The notes below the pieces were generated by a model. It was not told the origin of the DNA and made no database searches. It saw only the letters and a list, made by a program, of their open reading frames with translations. A stretch of DNA of 59,325 nucleotides, filler included. It is 5 parts of 5 records of this genome, joined end to end, with 100 filler letters (N's around TTAATTAATTAA, not from the genome) between each part and the next. Parts side by side here need not be neighbours in the genome. Positions count along the whole stretch, not along the records: positions 41,415 to 53,325 come from SRR2962707_2526; positions 53,426 to 59,325 come from SRR2962707_2533; 3 more parts are not named here. The stretch is one strand, 5' to 3'. The translations under genes and the position numbers were made by a program. Positions 42,587 through 53,888 of this stretch are shown here, piece by piece (the first letter of the stretch is position 1; each line of letters opens with the position of its first letter).

Positions 42587-44125
42587 ATGAAACGCAAAAG
42601 CCATATTCGCCAGGAAATCCTTGATCTACCGCTGTTTTTGCTGATCTTCGGCATCTTTAGCGCATCCATGATCATTCCGGCGTTCTTTGCCGTGGTCACC
42701 GATGATCTGCTGGCATCGCGCGCGTTTTTCTATTCCTGCCTGCTCGGCGTCATCGTCTTTGCGATGATTGCAATCGCCCATTCGGGGCGCAAGGCGCGGC
42801 ATGGCTCTTTGGGGCCGTTGCTGTCGCTGTTTTCCAGCTTTGTGATTTTGCCCGCGATCCTTGCGATCCCGTTTCTTGAGGCCTTGCCAACCACGCGGTT
42901 CATTAACGCATATTTCGATATGGTCAGCTCAATCACGACCACGGGGGCCAGCCTGTTTGACGATCCCGGCCGGCTCAGCGATACCCTGCATCTGTGGCGA
43001 GCTCAGGTCGCGTGGATGGGCGGATTGCTGATGTGGATCGCTGCTTCGGCGATTTTGGCCCCCCTGCATCTTGGCGGGTTCGAGGTCACATCCCAAGCCG
43101 AACCGGGCAACCCCGATGACCGGCGCACCACCGCATCCGCGCCGGTGAACCCGCGCCTGCGCTTGATACGGTCGGCCGGGGCACTGGCACCGACCTATCT
43201 GGCCCTGACGCTGCTTTTATGGGTTCTGCTGCTGGCCAACGGGGACCGGTCGCTGGTGGCGCTGTGCCATGCCATGTCCGTCATGGCGACATCGGGCATC
43301 TCGCCTTTGGGCGGCACCCATGACACCGGGGTCAGCTTTGGTGCCGAGGCGGTGATGATGCTGTTTATGCTGTTCGCGCTGTCGCGCCTGACCTTTTCCA
43401 AGGATACGGTGACGGCCACCCAAGGCGGATTGCGGACCGATCCGGAATTCCGCATGGGGCTGGCCCTGATCATCGGCGTGCCGCTGATTCTATTTGCGCG
43501 GCATTTTCTGGGTGCCTTTGACGTATCCGCCCCCGGCGAGGCCTATGAGAGCGGTAGCGCGCTTTGGGGGGCGATTTTCACCGTCACATCATTTTTGACC
43601 ACCACGGGGTTTGTCAGTTCGTCCTGGGCCCAAGCCCAAAGCTGGTCTGGACTGGAAACACCGGGCCTGATCCTGATGGGGCTGGCATTGGTCGGGGGCG
43701 GGGTGGCCACCACCGCGGGCGGCGTGAAATTGCTGCGGGTATTTGCGCTGTATCGCAATGGCGCGCGGGAATTGGAACGGCTGGTGCATCCGCATTCGGT
43801 CTCGGGGGCAGGGACCACGGGGCGACGGCTCCAAAGCAACGGGGCCTTTATCGCATGGATATTTTTCATGCTGTTTGCACTGTCGCTGGCTGGGGTCACG
43901 CTGTTGCTGACGTTTGTCGGTGCCCCGTTCGAGGATGCGCTGGTGATGTCTGTGGCCAGCCTGTCCACCACAGGGCCACTGATCGAATTTGCCGCTGACG
44001 CGCCGATTACGCTGATCGATCTGGGCGACCCGGCCAAGATAATCCTGATCGGTGCGATGGTGCTGGGACGGCTGGAAACGCTGGCCATTATCGCGCTGCT
44101 GACCCCGGACCTGTGGCGCGCGTGA
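42587..44125 (+). CDS. trkH: TrkH family potassium uptake permease
   Basis: Four pore-loop motifs (ITTTGA, MATSGI, LTTTGF, LSTTGP), TAGGVK, MVLGRLE. Confidence 0.92.
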   Translation: MKRKSHIRQEILDLPLFLLIFGIFSASMIIPAFFAVVTDDLLASRAFFYSCLLGVIVFAMIAIAHSGRKARHGSLGPLLSLFSSFVILPAILAIPFLEALPTTRFINAYFDMVSSITTTGASLFDDPGRLSDTLHLWRAQVAWMGGLLMWIAASAILAPLHLGGFEVTSQAEPGNPDDRRTTASAPVNPRLRLIRSAGALAPTYLALTLLLWVLLLANGDRSLVALCHAMSVMATSGISPLGGTHDTGVSFGAEAVMMLFMLFALSRLTFSKDTVTATQGGLRTDPEFRMGLALIIGVPLILFARHFLGAFDVSAPGEAYESGSALWGAIFTVTSFLTTTGFVSSSWAQAQSWSGLETPGLILMGLALVGGGVATTAGGVKLLRVFALYRNGARELERLVHPHSVSGAGTTGRRLQSNGAFIAWIFFMLFALSLAGVTLLLTFVGAPFEDALVMSVASLSTTGPLIEFAADAPITLIDLGDPAKIILIGAMVLGRLETLAIIALLTPDLWRA

Positions 44126-44265
44126 CACGGATTGCAATCTGCCGTACGGTGCTGTGTGACATTTGGGGTGGAAACTCCTGACGGGCATCTACATACTCGT
44201 TCGAAATAGGGGTCCGGTCCGCGGACATCAGCAAGAACAACAGCAAGAATAAAGGCGAGACCATT

Positions 44266-44505
44266 ATGGCGTCTGACAGACAGAACCTTCAGGACGCATT
44301 CCTGAACCATGTGCGCAAAACCAAAGTACCGGTAACGATCTTTTTGATCAACGGTGTAAAGCTGCAAGGCGTGATCACTTGGTTTGATAACTTTTGTGTG
44401 CTTTTGCGCAGGGATGGGCAGTCGCAGCTTGTGTATAAACACGCAATCTCGACCATAATGCCAAGTCAGCCAATCTCGCTTTACGAAGGTGAAGACGCGA
44501 ATTGA
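44266..44505 (+). CDS. hfq: RNA chaperone Hfq
   Basis: QNLQDAFLN...VNG-like INGVKLQG...[13 protein letters not shown]. Confidence 0.98.
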   Translation: MASDRQNLQDAFLNHVRKTKVPVTIFLINGVKLQGVITWFDNFCVLLRRDGQSQLVYKHAISTIMPSQPISLYEGEDAN

Positions 44506-45800
44506 CGCGCCCACCTTTCCAGATTGACGACACCGCGGGCCCGAAAATGACACGGGCCTGGGTGTTACACCCTGACATCAAAACCGATAACAGCCGCCGA
44601 ATCGCGGAACCGGCCCTAGCCGAGGCTGTTGCATTGGCGCAAGCGCTGCCCCAGCTCGAAGTCGTCGGGCAAGAGGTTGTCATCTTGCGGACCGTGCAAG
44701 CCGGTATGCTGTTCGGGTCCGGCAAGATCGAAGAGCTGAAACGCCGCATGGAGGACGCCGAGGTCGAGCTGGTCTTGGTCGACGGGCATGTGACGCCAGT
44801 ACAGCAACGCAACCTTGAAAAAGCGTGGGGCGTAAAGCTGTTGGACCGGACCGGTCTGATCCTCGAGATTTTTAGCGACCGTGCTGCCACCCGCGAGGGC
44901 GTGTTGCAGGTCGAAATGGCCGCGCTGAACTATCAGCGGACGCGGCTTGTACGCGCCTGGACCCACCTTGAACGCCAGCGTGGCGGCTTGGGGTTTGTTG
45001 GGGGTCCCGGTGAAACCCAGATTGAATCGGACAGACGTGCCATTGACGAACAACTGGTTCGTTTGCGCCGCCAGCTAGATAAAGTCGTCAAAACCCGCGC
45101 GCTGCACCGTGCCGCCCGCGCCAAGGTGCCGTTTCCGATTGTGGCCTTGGTCGGCTATACCAACGCTGGGAAATCGACGCTTTTCAATCGGTTGACCGGT
45201 GCGGACGTGATGGCAAAAGACATGCTTTTTGCCACCCTCGACCCGACCATGCGCAGCCTTGTCCTGCCCGACGGCCCCGAGATTATTCTAAGCGACACGG
45301 TTGGATTTATCTCGGACCTGCCGACCGAACTGGTTGCCGCTTTCCGCGCCACCCTCGAAGAGGTGCTGGCCGCCGACATCATCTGCCACGTGCGCGATAT
45401 CTCCCATGCCGAGACCGAAGAGCAGGCCCAGAATGTCCGCGATATTCTGGCGTCTTTGGGCGTGCCCAAGGAAACCCGCAGCTTTGAGATCTGGAACAAG
45501 ATCGACCTGCTAAGCCCGGACCGCGCCGATGCGGTACGCGCCCGTGCGGCCCGGGACGAGAACGTCTTGGCGATTTCGTCACTGACAGGCGAGGGTCTGG
45601 ACGAATTCCAGACGGTGATTGCCGAAGCCTTGCAAGGCGCTGTGCGTGAGGCCGATCTGGTACTTGGGTTTGCCGAAGGTAAAAAACGCGCCTGGCTGTT
45701 TGCCCAAGAGGTCGTCTTGCATGAAGAGCAGACCGATGACGGCTTTGCCCTGACGGTACGCTGGTCGGCCGAACAAGAAGCCCAGTATCAGCGGCTGTAA
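44502..45800 (+). CDS. hflX: GTPase HflX
   Basis: [34 protein letters not shown]. Confidence 0.97.
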   Translation: MTRPPFQIDDTAGPKMTRAWVLHPDIKTDNSRRIAEPALAEAVALAQALPQLEVVGQEVVILRTVQAGMLFGSGKIEELKRRMEDAEVELVLVDGHVTPVQQRNLEKAWGVKLLDRTGLILEIFSDRAATREGVLQVEMAALNYQRTRLVRAWTHLERQRGGLGFVGGPGETQIESDRRAIDEQLVRLRRQLDKVVKTRALHRAARAKVPFPIVALVGYTNAGKSTLFNRLTGADVMAKDMLFATLDPTMRSLVLPDGPEIILSDTVGFISDLPTELVAAFRATLEEVLAADIICHVRDISHAETEEQAQNVRDILASLGVPKETRSFEIWNKIDLLSPDRADAVRARAARDENVLAISSLTGEGLDEFQTVIAEALQGAVREADLVLGFAEGKKRAWLFAQEVVLHEEQTDDGFALTVRWSAEQEAQYQRL

Positions 45801-45819
45801 CGGGCTGCCACGCGCGGCA

Positions 45820-45865
45820 TAAAATTTTTCCGAAAAATTTTGGTCGGAAAATTCGAATTTTCCGG
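45820..45865. repeat. AT-rich double palindrome, probable intergenic repeat
   Basis: AAAATTTTTC-c-GAAAAATTTT followed by CGGAAAATTCGAATTTTCCG. Confidence 0.55.
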
Positions 45866-45910
45866 TGCCTGACACATATGGTAGTCTCATATCACCGCCG
45901 GAGAATGCTT

Positions 45911-46312
45911 ATGACGCTGATCATACTATATGTGCTGACCTTTGCGGTTTTCCTGGGTCTGGATTTGCTGGGGCTGACCTATTTGGTCAAACCAGTCTTT
46001 TCCCGCGACATCGGACCACTGATGCTGGATCGGTTTCGTTTAGTGCCAGCCTTTGCTTTCTACGGCTTTTACATCGCGGTGTTGTTGTATTTCGTATCCT
46101 GGCCTGCGGTGGTGCAGGACAAGGATTTTGTATGGGTCTTTGTCAACGCCGCGCTGATTGGGGCGTTGGGCTATGGCACCTATGAATTCACCAATCTTGC
46201 TACGCTCAAGGACTGGACGCCGCAGATGGTGGCAACTGATTTTTCATGGGGCGTGGTGTTGACCGGTGTTTCGGCAGCTGTCGGTGTGTGGGTGACGCGG
46301 GCGGTTTCCTAG
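45911..46312 (+). CDS. DUF2177 family membrane protein
   Basis: YGTYEFTNLATLKDW...DFSWG motif. Confidence 0.88.
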   Translation: MTLIILYVLTFAVFLGLDLLGLTYLVKPVFSRDIGPLMLDRFRLVPAFAFYGFYIAVLLYFVSWPAVVQDKDFVWVFVNAALIGALGYGTYEFTNLATLKDWTPQMVATDFSWGVVLTGVSAAVGVWVTRAVS

Positions 46313-46327
46313 GCGTCACATGTTGTT

Positions 46328-46368
46328 GGGGGCCAGCCCCCCGGCCTTTGGCCGCCCCCCGGGATTTT
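46328..46368. repeat. GC-rich REP-like element between convergent genes
   Basis: GGGGG-ccag-CCCCC then GGCC-ttt-GGCC-g-CCCCCCGGGATTT. Confidence 0.45.
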
Positions 46369-46381
46369 GATCCATTTGGAA

Positions 46382-46945
46382 TTAGCGGCCTGTTTCCGAT
46401 GAGAAGCGCCATGTGCCGGGTTGCATGTTGTTGAGTTGCCAGTCACCGACCTGAGCGCGGATCAGGCGCAGCGTCGGCAGGCCTACATGGGCTGTCATGC
46501 GGCGGACCTGTCTATTGCGGCCTTCGGTGATGGTGATCGAAAGCCAAGCATCGGGCACTGATTTACGAAACCGTACGGGCGGGTCCCGGTCCCAAAGGTT
46601 GGCCGGGGTATCGATTTGGCTGACTTTGGCAGGGGCGGTTTTACCGTCTTTCAGGGTGACACCGTTGCGCAGCGCGTCGAGGGCCGCATCATCGGGGGTT
46701 CCTTCGACCTGAACCCAGTAGGTTTTTGCCAGCTTGTATTTTGGGTGCGATATCCGGGCTTGGAGCGGACCGCTGTCGGTGAGCACCATCAACCCTTCGC
46801 TGTCGCGGTCAAGGCGGCCTGCGGGGTAGAACCCTTTTTCATCGATATAGGCCGACAGGGTCGGGCGCGGCGACCCTTCGGTGCCTTTGTCGGTGAATTG
46901 CGACAGGACCCCGAAGGGTTTGTTGAACAGGATTACGCGGTTCAT
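46382..46945 (-). CDS. Pseudouridine synthase, RsuA/RluE family
   Basis: [31 protein letters not shown]. Confidence 0.93.
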   Translation of the reverse strand: MNRVILFNKPFGVLSQFTDKGTEGSPRPTLSAYIDEKGFYPAGRLDRDSEGLMVLTDSGPLQARISHPKYKLAKTYWVQVEGTPDDAALDALRNGVTLKDGKTAPAKVSQIDTPANLWDRDPPVRFRKSVPDAWLSITITEGRNRQVRRMTAHVGLPTLRLIRAQVGDWQLNNMQPGTWRFSSETGR

Positions 46946-49410
46946 GGTTGCGCCGGGATCAATTTGGTCACGCCCACTGATGCGGCGCGGGCCAGATCCT
47001 CGTCCAGTGACATGGGGATATATTCACCGCGCCGCCACAGCTGGGCCAAGTTGTCATAGTAGCGGGACAGGAAATGTCCCGATTGTCCGGTCGAGGTGAT
47101 AAAGACCGACGAATCCGGATCGGCAAAGTCATAGACGCCGCGGTATCCGGCCCCGTGCACGTTAAAAAACGGATCGGGGCTGGTGCCCTTGGTACGGCCG
47201 CGCAGCAGGGTATTGTCGCCGCCCGAGGTCGATTGGCGGATGTTGACGAAATAGCGCAGGATTGGCACCTCGCCCAGCGTCGGGTGATCGTGGGTGGCCT
47301 GATGCGCATCGCCCCATCGCAGGGATTCAAGCTGACTGCCCCATGTTTCATTGATCCAGATCAGCGCATCATCCAAGGCAAGCCGGGCCATGTCAGGGCA
47401 GGTTTCAACCGGTGCGGATTGCAGCACATCACACCAGACAGCCGCACCATCGACATTGCGGAATACCCGTTCGATGAACAGCGGTTCGACATGATCGAAT
47501 TCCTGCGCCAAGGGGCCAAGTTCATCCTGGATCAGGCGGTCCTGCAGGGCGCGCAGCCACGCGGCATAGATCAGCGGTTCGGGCAGGTGTTCGTTCATCT
47601 CGCCAGACCAGCCCGCCAGCAAGATCAAAGCACGTTCGCGTTGACGCTCGGCTGTGCCTTCGGCGGTAGCTTCGCCGGTGAACCACAGTTCGGCCCCGAT
47701 CAGCGGCAGCAAACTGCGCGCGGTAAAGCTGACCGTGTCCAGTTGCGCTTCGATAAAGCTGTCGCGGGTGTGAACCTGCCTGCGTTGCATCAGGTTACGC
47801 CAGCGCTGAATACGCTGCGTATCGCCCCACAAAAACGACACATGGTTGGGAAAGGGGCGATCCACGGTCTTGTTGTTGGTGTTGCCCAATATGCCACCCA
47901 GCGGGGCCACAAATTCGGGGTTTGACGCGTACGGCAGCCGCCCTTGCCAGCGGTTGGCGGCGTTCCAACCGACGGTGGGCATGCGGCCCTGGCTTTGATG
48001 CGCAGGATCGCGGGCAGGCAATGCACCAATTGTTTTCATCGCAATCGTTTCGGCATCCACAAGCGTCAGGTTTTGCGACGGCGCAAGGTAGTCGGCAGCG
48101 GCGGCAAGGCCTGCTTCGACCGATTTCGCCTCCATCAGTGCCATGGCTGCGGCAACGGAGGTGTCGGCGGGGCTGAGGGCCGTCCAGTTCACAGTGGCCA
48201 CGTGACCCGGTGGGGTAATGGCGGCAAGGTTGTAGTGGCTGCCGGGCAGCACGGGGCCGTTATCTGTCCAACGCAGGGTCAGGGTAATCGGATCAGCGTC
48301 TTTTACGGTGATGATCGACGCGCGTTTGACAAAGGGTTTGAACCCGTCCGGCGTGCGGTATTCTTCGGGGTTTTCGGGGTTCAGTTCTTCTACATAGATG
48401 TCTTGGTCATCGGCATAGGATGATGTGATGCCCCAGCCCAACGCGGCCGAGCGGCCCGTCAGCACCACAGGCAGACCGGGGATCGTGCCGCCAATCACAC
48501 CGCCCGATTGCAGTTCCAACCGCGCCAGATACCAGATGCTGGGCGCGGTAAAGCCAAGATGCGGATCATTGGCGATCAGCGTGCCGCCCGACGCAGACCG
48601 GTCACGCGCCGCGGCCCATGCATTCGATGCACCGGCAAGGTCAAAGGGTTTGAACGGCGACAGCGGATTGGGATCAAGGGGGATGTTTTCGGCAAATTGC
48701 GGCAGGCCCGGCACAAGTGCTGCGTATTCCGGCAGCGCTGCGATTCCGTTACCTGGCGCATCGGGCAGAATATCCATCAGACGTTCTTGATCCGGCAAGG
48801 CAAGCGATACCCGTGCGCGCTTCACCTCGGCGTCCAGATGGCCGGATAGTTGCAGCGCCATCAGCTTGGCCATGGCCAGCGAATCCGCCGGGCGCCACGG
48901 GGCGACGGGCACATCGAAAATCAGCATTTCGGGCGCACCCCGGCCCAATGCCTCGTTGTTGATCTGGTCAAGGCGCGCATTCACGCCGGCAGAGTATGCA
49001 TCGAGTGCGGCGCGGGTTTTGGGATCAAGCGCTTCGACGGATCGGACGGCCAAGGGGTAGAGATCGAGGCGGCGCAGCAAGCGGTCAATTTCGATTGTCG
49101 CACTGCCGAACACCTCGGACAGGCGGCCCTGAACGGTGCGGCGCATGGTGATCATCTGCCACAGACGGTCTTGGGCATGGGCAAAGCCGAGGCCGTAAAA
49201 TACATCTTGATCGTTTTGCCCGAAAATATGCGGCACATTGGCGTTGTCGCGCACGATTTCGACCTCGGCGCGCAGATTTGGCACCACGACGGTATCATCA
49301 TATTCAGGCAGGGATCGCGACGCGAGCCAATAGATGCCCACAAGGGCGACCACCGTTAAGACAATCAACAAGCTGGCCAAACGCATAAGCCACTTAAATA
49401 TCACTGCCAT
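46942..49410 (-). CDS. Penicillin acylase family Ntn-hydrolase
   Basis: N-terminal anchor, [20 protein letters not shown] nucleophile, ANDPHL, GQSGH. Confidence 0.94.
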   Translation of the reverse strand: MAVIFKWLMRLASLLIVLTVVALVGIYWLASRSLPEYDDTVVVPNLRAEVEIVRDNANVPHIFGQNDQDVFYGLGFAHAQDRLWQMITMRRTVQGRLSEVFGSATIEIDRLLRRLDLYPLAVRSVEALDPKTRAALDAYSAGVNARLDQINNEALGRGAPEMLIFDVPVAPWRPADSLAMAKLMALQLSGHLDAEVKRARVSLALPDQERLMDILPDAPGNGIAALPEYAALVPGLPQFAENIPLDPNPLSPFKPFDLAGASNAWAAARDRSASGGTLIANDPHLGFTAPSIWYLARLELQSGGVIGGTIPGLPVVLTGRSAALGWGITSSYADDQDIYVEELNPENPEEYRTPDGFKPFVKRASIITVKDADPITLTLRWTDNGPVLPGSHYNLAAITPPGHVATVNWTALSPADTSVAAAMALMEAKSVEAGLAAAADYLAPSQNLTLVDAETIAMKTIGALPARDPAHQSQGRMPTVGWNAANRWQGRLPYASNPEFVAPLGGILGNTNNKTVDRPFPNHVSFLWGDTQRIQRWRNLMQRRQVHTRDSFIEAQLDTVSFTARSLLPLIGAELWFTGEATAEGTAERQRERALILLAGWSGEMNEHLPEPLIYAAWLRALQDRLIQDELGPLAQEFDHVEPLFIERVFRNVDGAAVWCDVLQSAPVETCPDMARLALDDALIWINETWGSQLESLRWGDAHQATHDHPTLGEVPILRYFVNIRQSTSGGDNTLLRGRTKGTSPDPFFNVHGAGYRGVYDFADPDSSVFITSTGQSGHFLSRYYDNLAQLWRRGEYIPMSLDEDLARAASVGVTKLIPAQP

Positions 49411-49510
49411 TGGCTGCTCCTGAATAAACCCCGCATATGATTGACCAAAGTCTGTGGGATGTTAGGTGTTACACCAGCCAATAGCGCAACTAATAGATAA
49501 GGAAAAGACG

Positions 49511-50383
49511 ATGGCAAAACTCGCATTTCTGGGACTGGGCGTCATGGGCGGCCCGATGGCCGGGCATCTGCAGAAAGCTGGCCACGACGTGACCGTATAC
49601 AACCGCACAACGGAAAAAGCCCGCCAATGGGCCGAAACCTATGGCGGCGCGATGGCGGAAACGCCGCGCGAGGCGGCAAAGGGTGCCGATTTCGTGTTTT
49701 CATGCGTGGGCAATGATGATGATCTGCGGTCTGTCTGCGTTGGCAAAGATGGCGCTTTTGCCGGGATGGCCGAGGGGACAGTGTTTGTCGATCATACCAC
49801 CGTTTCAGCCGCCGTGACACGCGAACTATATAAAGCCGCAAATGACGCGCAGATCAGTTTTGTGGATGCGCCGATTTCGGGCGGGCAGGCGGGCGCGGAA
49901 AACGGCCAACTGTCGATTATGTGCGGCGGCGATGCGGGTGCGTTTGACCGTGCCTTGCCGATCATGGAGGTCTATTCCAAGATTTGCCGCCGTTTGGGCG
50001 ACAGTGGCGCAGGCCAGATGACCAAGATGTGCAACCAGATCGCGATTGCAGGTCTGGTTCAGGGCCTGTCCGAGGCGCTACATTTCGCACAGAAAGCCGG
50101 TCTTGATGGCCGTGATGTGGTCGAAGTCATCAGCCAAGGTGCCGCAGGAAGCTGGCAAATGTCCAACCGCTTTGAGACGATGCTGGACGATAAGTTCGAT
50201 CACGGTTTCGCGGTGGACTGGATGCGCAAGGATCTGGGCATCTGTCTGGACACCGCAGACGAGATCGCAGCAAGCCTGCCTGTCACAGCCTTGGTCGATC
50301 AGTTCTATAAGGATGTGCAGAAACTGGGCGGGGGCCGTTGGGACACCTCAAGCCTGATCAAACGTCTGAACGCCGCAGGCTAG
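49511..50383 (+). CDS. NAD(P)-dependent beta-hydroxyacid dehydrogenase family
   Basis: FLGLGVMG, DAPISGG, KMCNQ, KDL. Confidence 0.93.
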   Translation: MAKLAFLGLGVMGGPMAGHLQKAGHDVTVYNRTTEKARQWAETYGGAMAETPREAAKGADFVFSCVGNDDDLRSVCVGKDGAFAGMAEGTVFVDHTTVSAAVTRELYKAANDAQISFVDAPISGGQAGAENGQLSIMCGGDAGAFDRALPIMEVYSKICRRLGDSGAGQMTKMCNQIAIAGLVQGLSEALHFAQKAGLDGRDVVEVISQGAAGSWQMSNRFETMLDDKFDHGFAVDWMRKDLGICLDTADEIAASLPVTALVDQFYKDVQKLGGGRWDTSSLIKRLNAAG

Positions 50384-50390
50384 AAATAAC

Positions 50391-50424
50391 GCCCGGTCCG
50401 CAACATCTGCGGGCCGGGCATTTC
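50391..50424. terminator. Hairpin terminator between convergent genes
   Basis: GCCCGGTCCGCA-acatc-TGCGGGCCGGGC-ATTT. Confidence 0.7.
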
Positions 50425-50427
50425 TAC

Positions 50428-51000
50428 TTATGGAATGATGCGCGTGTATTTGCTGCCCTCGAGGGTGGCACCGATGCGCAGACCGGCACGGCCAAACACG
50501 GCGGCCAAGACCGGAGAAAGCGATGTAGTGGTGCCAGCGTTCACACTGTCGCCCACATTATCAATCACATACTCGATGTTCGCGCCCGCAGCCCAACCGG
50601 GGGAACGGCGGAAATTGTTCAGCGCGTCTTCGGTCATGAAAAACAGAACATGCGCGTATTGCTGCGCACCAATCTGAAGCCCGCCCGACGCCTTGGTCAT
50701 CGAATAGTAATCGACCGAAACATTATTCACACGTAGCGCACCGCGCCCGTAACCGCCGCCCAAGCCAAGTCCCGCTTCGGTGACAAGTGGCATGACCAGC
50801 ATACCGTTAGATTTCGCGGCCAGTTGCCGTGTGTTGGGGTATTCGCGGTACATCTGCTGCAGGGTTGCTTCGACCCGTGCATCGATCTGACCGCTGCCAC
50901 GGCTTCCGACACCATTGCCGCATGCCGCCACGGCCCCGGCAGTTGCCAACGCGCCCAACGCAAACGCGCGGCGCGAAAAAGAAGAATTGCTCATTGTCAT
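50428..51000 (-). CDS. YSC84/SYLF-related Tat lipoprotein
   Basis: SRRAF twin-Arg, VAAC lipobox, GGGYGRGAL, SGGLQIGAQ, LEGSKY. Confidence 0.85.
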   Translation of the reverse strand: MTMSNSSFSRRAFALGALATAGAVAACGNGVGSRGSGQIDARVEATLQQMYREYPNTRQLAAKSNGMLVMPLVTEAGLGLGGGYGRGALRVNNVSVDYYSMTKASGGLQIGAQQYAHVLFFMTEDALNNFRRSPGWAAGANIEYVIDNVGDSVNAGTTTSLSPVLAAVFGRAGLRIGATLEGSKYTRIIP

Positions 51001-51136
51001 ATGCCTGTAATTGCCTGTGCCGGCTTGTCCCGACTTATGGGCGACCTTATGCCGAATAATCCGGGGTGTCACCATTTTAGGGCATGAATCGGCGGTGAAC
51101 TGCCGCCCATTCACGATTTTTGCGCGGGTTTTGGGG

Positions 51137-52135
51137 TCAAGACCCCATCAAACGCGCAACTGCGGGCGCGAAGTAGGTCAGCACACCATCACAGCCTGCA
51201 CGCTTGAAGCCCATCAGGCTTTCCATCATCACGCGCTCTTCGTCGATCCAGCCGTTTTGGGCGGCGGCCTTGATCATGCTGTATTCGCCGGACACCTGAT
51301 AGGCAAAGGTTGGCGCGCCAAAGGTGGTTTTCACGCGGTGGCAAATATCCAGATAGGGCAGGCCGGGTTTCACCATGACCATGTCCGCACCCTCGCGCAG
51401 ATCGCGTTCAATCAGGCGCAGGGCCTCGTCACTGTTGGCGTAATCCATCTGATAGGTCTTTTTATCGCCCGTCAGTGCGCCTGATGCGCCAACCGCATCG
51501 CGGAACGGGCCATAGAATGCAGACGCATATTTCGCCGAATAGCTCATGATCATCACATCGCTGTGGCCTGCGCCTTCCAGACCCGCACGGATCGCCCCGA
51601 TGCGACCGTCCATCATATCAGACGGCCCGATGATATTCGCCCCGGCCTCGGCTTGGGCCAGCGACATTTTTACCAAGGCCTCGACCGTGCGGTCATTGAC
51701 GATGATCCCATCTTCGACAAAGCCATCATGGCCGTTGATATTATAGGTATCCAGCGCCACATCGGTCATGATCACCATTTCAGGCACCGCCTCGCGGATC
51801 GCGCGAATGGCACGGTTGGGGTTGTTCTCGGGGTCCCATGCGCCCGCGCAATCCTCTGTGCGATCTTCGATCCCGGTATAGGGAAAGATGCACATCGCCC
51901 CGATCCCCAGATCAGCCGCCTCGCGCGCCGCCTCGACGACTTTGTCGACGCTGCGGCGGAACACCCCGGGCATAGATGGAATGGGTTCCTCGATCCCTTC
52001 GCCAGAGCGCACGAAAACCGGCCAGATCAGATCCCCCAGTTCAAGCGAGTTTTCACGCACCAGCGCACGGATGCCTGCAGATTGACGGGTGCGGCGCAGT
52101 CGTGTCGCGGGATAGGCGGCTTGTTGGGGTCTCAT
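51137..52135 (-). CDS. hemB: Porphobilinogen synthase
   Basis: PSDMMDGR, SAKYASAFYGPFRDA, TYQMD, MVKPG, AYQVSGEY. Confidence 0.97.
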   Translation of the reverse strand: MRPQQAAYPATRLRRTRQSAGIRALVRENSLELGDLIWPVFVRSGEGIEEPIPSMPGVFRRSVDKVVEAAREAADLGIGAMCIFPYTGIEDRTEDCAGAWDPENNPNRAIRAIREAVPEMVIMTDVALDTYNINGHDGFVEDGIIVNDRTVEALVKMSLAQAEAGANIIGPSDMMDGRIGAIRAGLEGAGHSDVMIMSYSAKYASAFYGPFRDAVGASGALTGDKKTYQMDYANSDEALRLIERDLREGADMVMVKPGLPYLDICHRVKTTFGAPTFAYQVSGEYSMIKAAAQNGWIDEERVMMESLMGFKRAGCDGVLTYFAPAVARLMGS

Positions 52136-52286
52136 GTAAAAATACCTTAGATGTTTCTGCATAAGGCTTGGCATTTATTTTTGCACGGCTCAAGGCTAGG
52201 AATTGGCGGCAAGCGCCGCTATGACAGCGTAGGCGCGGCGAGAATTGCCGCAATCCGCTATTTTTAAGAGCAGAGACAGGCATTCC

Positions 52287-52814
52287 TTGGACTTGTATCA
52301 GACAATCTTAGAAGTGATCGACATGCGGTCGTTCTCAAACCTGTGGTTCTGGATTGTACTGGCCGTCGTGTGGTCATCGGTAAGCCACTGGGTTTTGGGC
52401 GTCCCTTACGATATGGTGTTGCGCGCCCGCCGCCACGGAGAGCAAACCCAAGTCGATCTAGAAGACATGGTCCGTATCAACGTCAACCGCACGCTGTACA
52501 TCACCCAAGTGTCGGGGATGTTGATTTTGACGTTAGCCAGCTTTGTCCTGACGGCGCTGTTCATACTGGCCGTCTTTTATAGCGTCGAATTCGCCCAAGC
52601 GGTGCTTTTCCTGGCATTTCCCTTGTCCGTGGTCGGCATGCTGAACGTTTCAACCGCCCAACAGATATACGAGGAATCCGCCACGGGTGAGCTGCTGTAT
52701 AAACGGCTTTCGCGTCACCGCCTGTATACGCAGATCATCGGGATCGTTTCGATTTTCGTCACCTCGATCTGGGGCATGTATCAAAACCTTTATGTGGGTC
52801 CGTTCGGCGGTTGA
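52287..52814 (+). CDS. Conserved Rhodobacteraceae membrane protein upstream of mfd
   Basis: IDMRSFSNLWFW...HWVLGVPYD; several hydrophobic segments; TTG start inferred. Confidence 0.75.
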   Translation: MDLYQTILEVIDMRSFSNLWFWIVLAVVWSSVSHWVLGVPYDMVLRARRHGEQTQVDLEDMVRINVNRTLYITQVSGMLILTLASFVLTALFILAVFYSVEFAQAVLFLAFPLSVVGMLNVSTAQQIYEESATGELLYKRLSRHRLYTQIIGIVSIFVTSIWGMYQNLYVGPFGG

Positions 52815-52845
52815 CAAACCTGACCCAAGGAACAACTGACATCTC

Positions 52846-53325
52846 ATGTCGAATTCCACACAAATAACGCTGTCCGGCGTGCCCGAGGGCTTTGATGCCC
52901 GCGCTTTGCTGGATGAGCTGGCCAAAAACAAGCGCCCCGTGATCCATGTTGCGCGCGACGATAAACGTATGGCCGCGATGCAAGCCGCCTGTCGCTTTTT
53001 TGCGCCCGATGTGCCGGTGATCACCTTTCCCGGCTGGGATTGTCTGCCCTATGACCGCGTGTCGCCCAACGCCGATATTTCGGCGCAGCGCATGGCCACG
53101 CTGGCGGGGTTGGTGCACGGGATGCCCGACCAGTTTATCCTGCTGACCACGTTGAACGCCGCGACCCAGCGGGTGCCGGCGCGGGCCATTCTGCGCGATG
53201 CTGCGTTTTCTGCCCGTGTGGGCGACCGCATCGACGAAGCGGCCTTGCGGAATTTTCTGGTGCGAATGGGGTTTGTGCAAAGCCCCACAGTGACCGAACC
53301 GGGCGACTATGCCATTCGCGGCGGC
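52846..53325 (+). CDS. mfd: Transcription-repair coupling factor (3' truncated)
   Basis: GVPEGFDA, FPGWDCLPYDRVSP, EPGDYAIRGG. Confidence 0.96.
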
Positions 53326-53425
53326 NNNNNNNNNNNNNNNNNNNNNNNNNNNNNNNNNNNNNNNNNNNNTTAATTAATTAANNNNNNNNNNNNNNNNNNN
53401 NNNNNNNNNNNNNNNNNNNNNNNNN
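53326..53425. other. Artificial contig spacer
   Basis: N-run with TTAATTAATTAA at 53370-53381. Confidence 0.98.
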
Positions 53426-53426
53426 C

Positions 53427-53771
53427 GGTCAGGCGATTATCGATGCCATCAAGGCTGCCCTTGATAGCCCGCAAGATCAGTGGCCCACCCCAAAGCAGCG
53501 GACCGAACTGCCTGCTGGTATTGGCCCGACGGTTGAGCTTTTGAAAGTCTTGCTGAAACTTTGTGCCGAGGAAAAGGGCGTTGCCCAGCGCCTTGTCGCA
53601 TCAAGTGATGATTTGCAAAACATTGCCGCCGATGATGAGGCCGATGTTCCAGCCATGCGGGGCTGGCGCCGTGATTTGTATGGGCAATATGCCCTGCGGC
53701 TTAAACACGGGCAGCTTGGCCTTAAGCTTGAAAACGGTGAAGTGACGCTGGTTGAGCTTGGCGATAGCTAA
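53427..53771 (+). CDS. rnd: Ribonuclease D, C-terminal part
   Basis: VELLKVLLK...GVAQRLVASSDDL...GWRRDLYG. Confidence 0.9.
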   Translation, partial: GQAIIDAIKAALDSPQDQWPTPKQRTELPAGIGPTVELLKVLLKLCAEEKGVAQRLVASSDDLQNIAADDEADVPAMRGWRRDLYGQYALRLKHGQLGLKLENGEVTLVELGDS

Positions 53772-53819
53772 GGCCAAAAACCGAAGCTAAGGCTAAAAAA
53801 CGACATTCTGACGGAACGC

Positions 53820-53850
53820 AAAAACGGGGCCCCTTTGGCCCCGTTTTGTG
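53820..53850. terminator. Bidirectional terminator
   Basis: AAAACGGGGCC-cttt-GGCCCCGTTTT. Confidence 0.8.
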
Positions 53851-53888
53851 ATTCTGGACGTGGTTCTGTTGTCGCTCTGTGCGGCGGT

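Noticed and set aside
43543-44553. 336-aa minus-strand ORF
   Set aside because: Overlaps trkH and hfq on the opposite strand; no motifs.
46942-49410. Penicillin acylase as a resistance or quorum-quenching gene
   Set aside because: It sits in an ordinary core-gene context, and substrate cannot be inferred from motifs.
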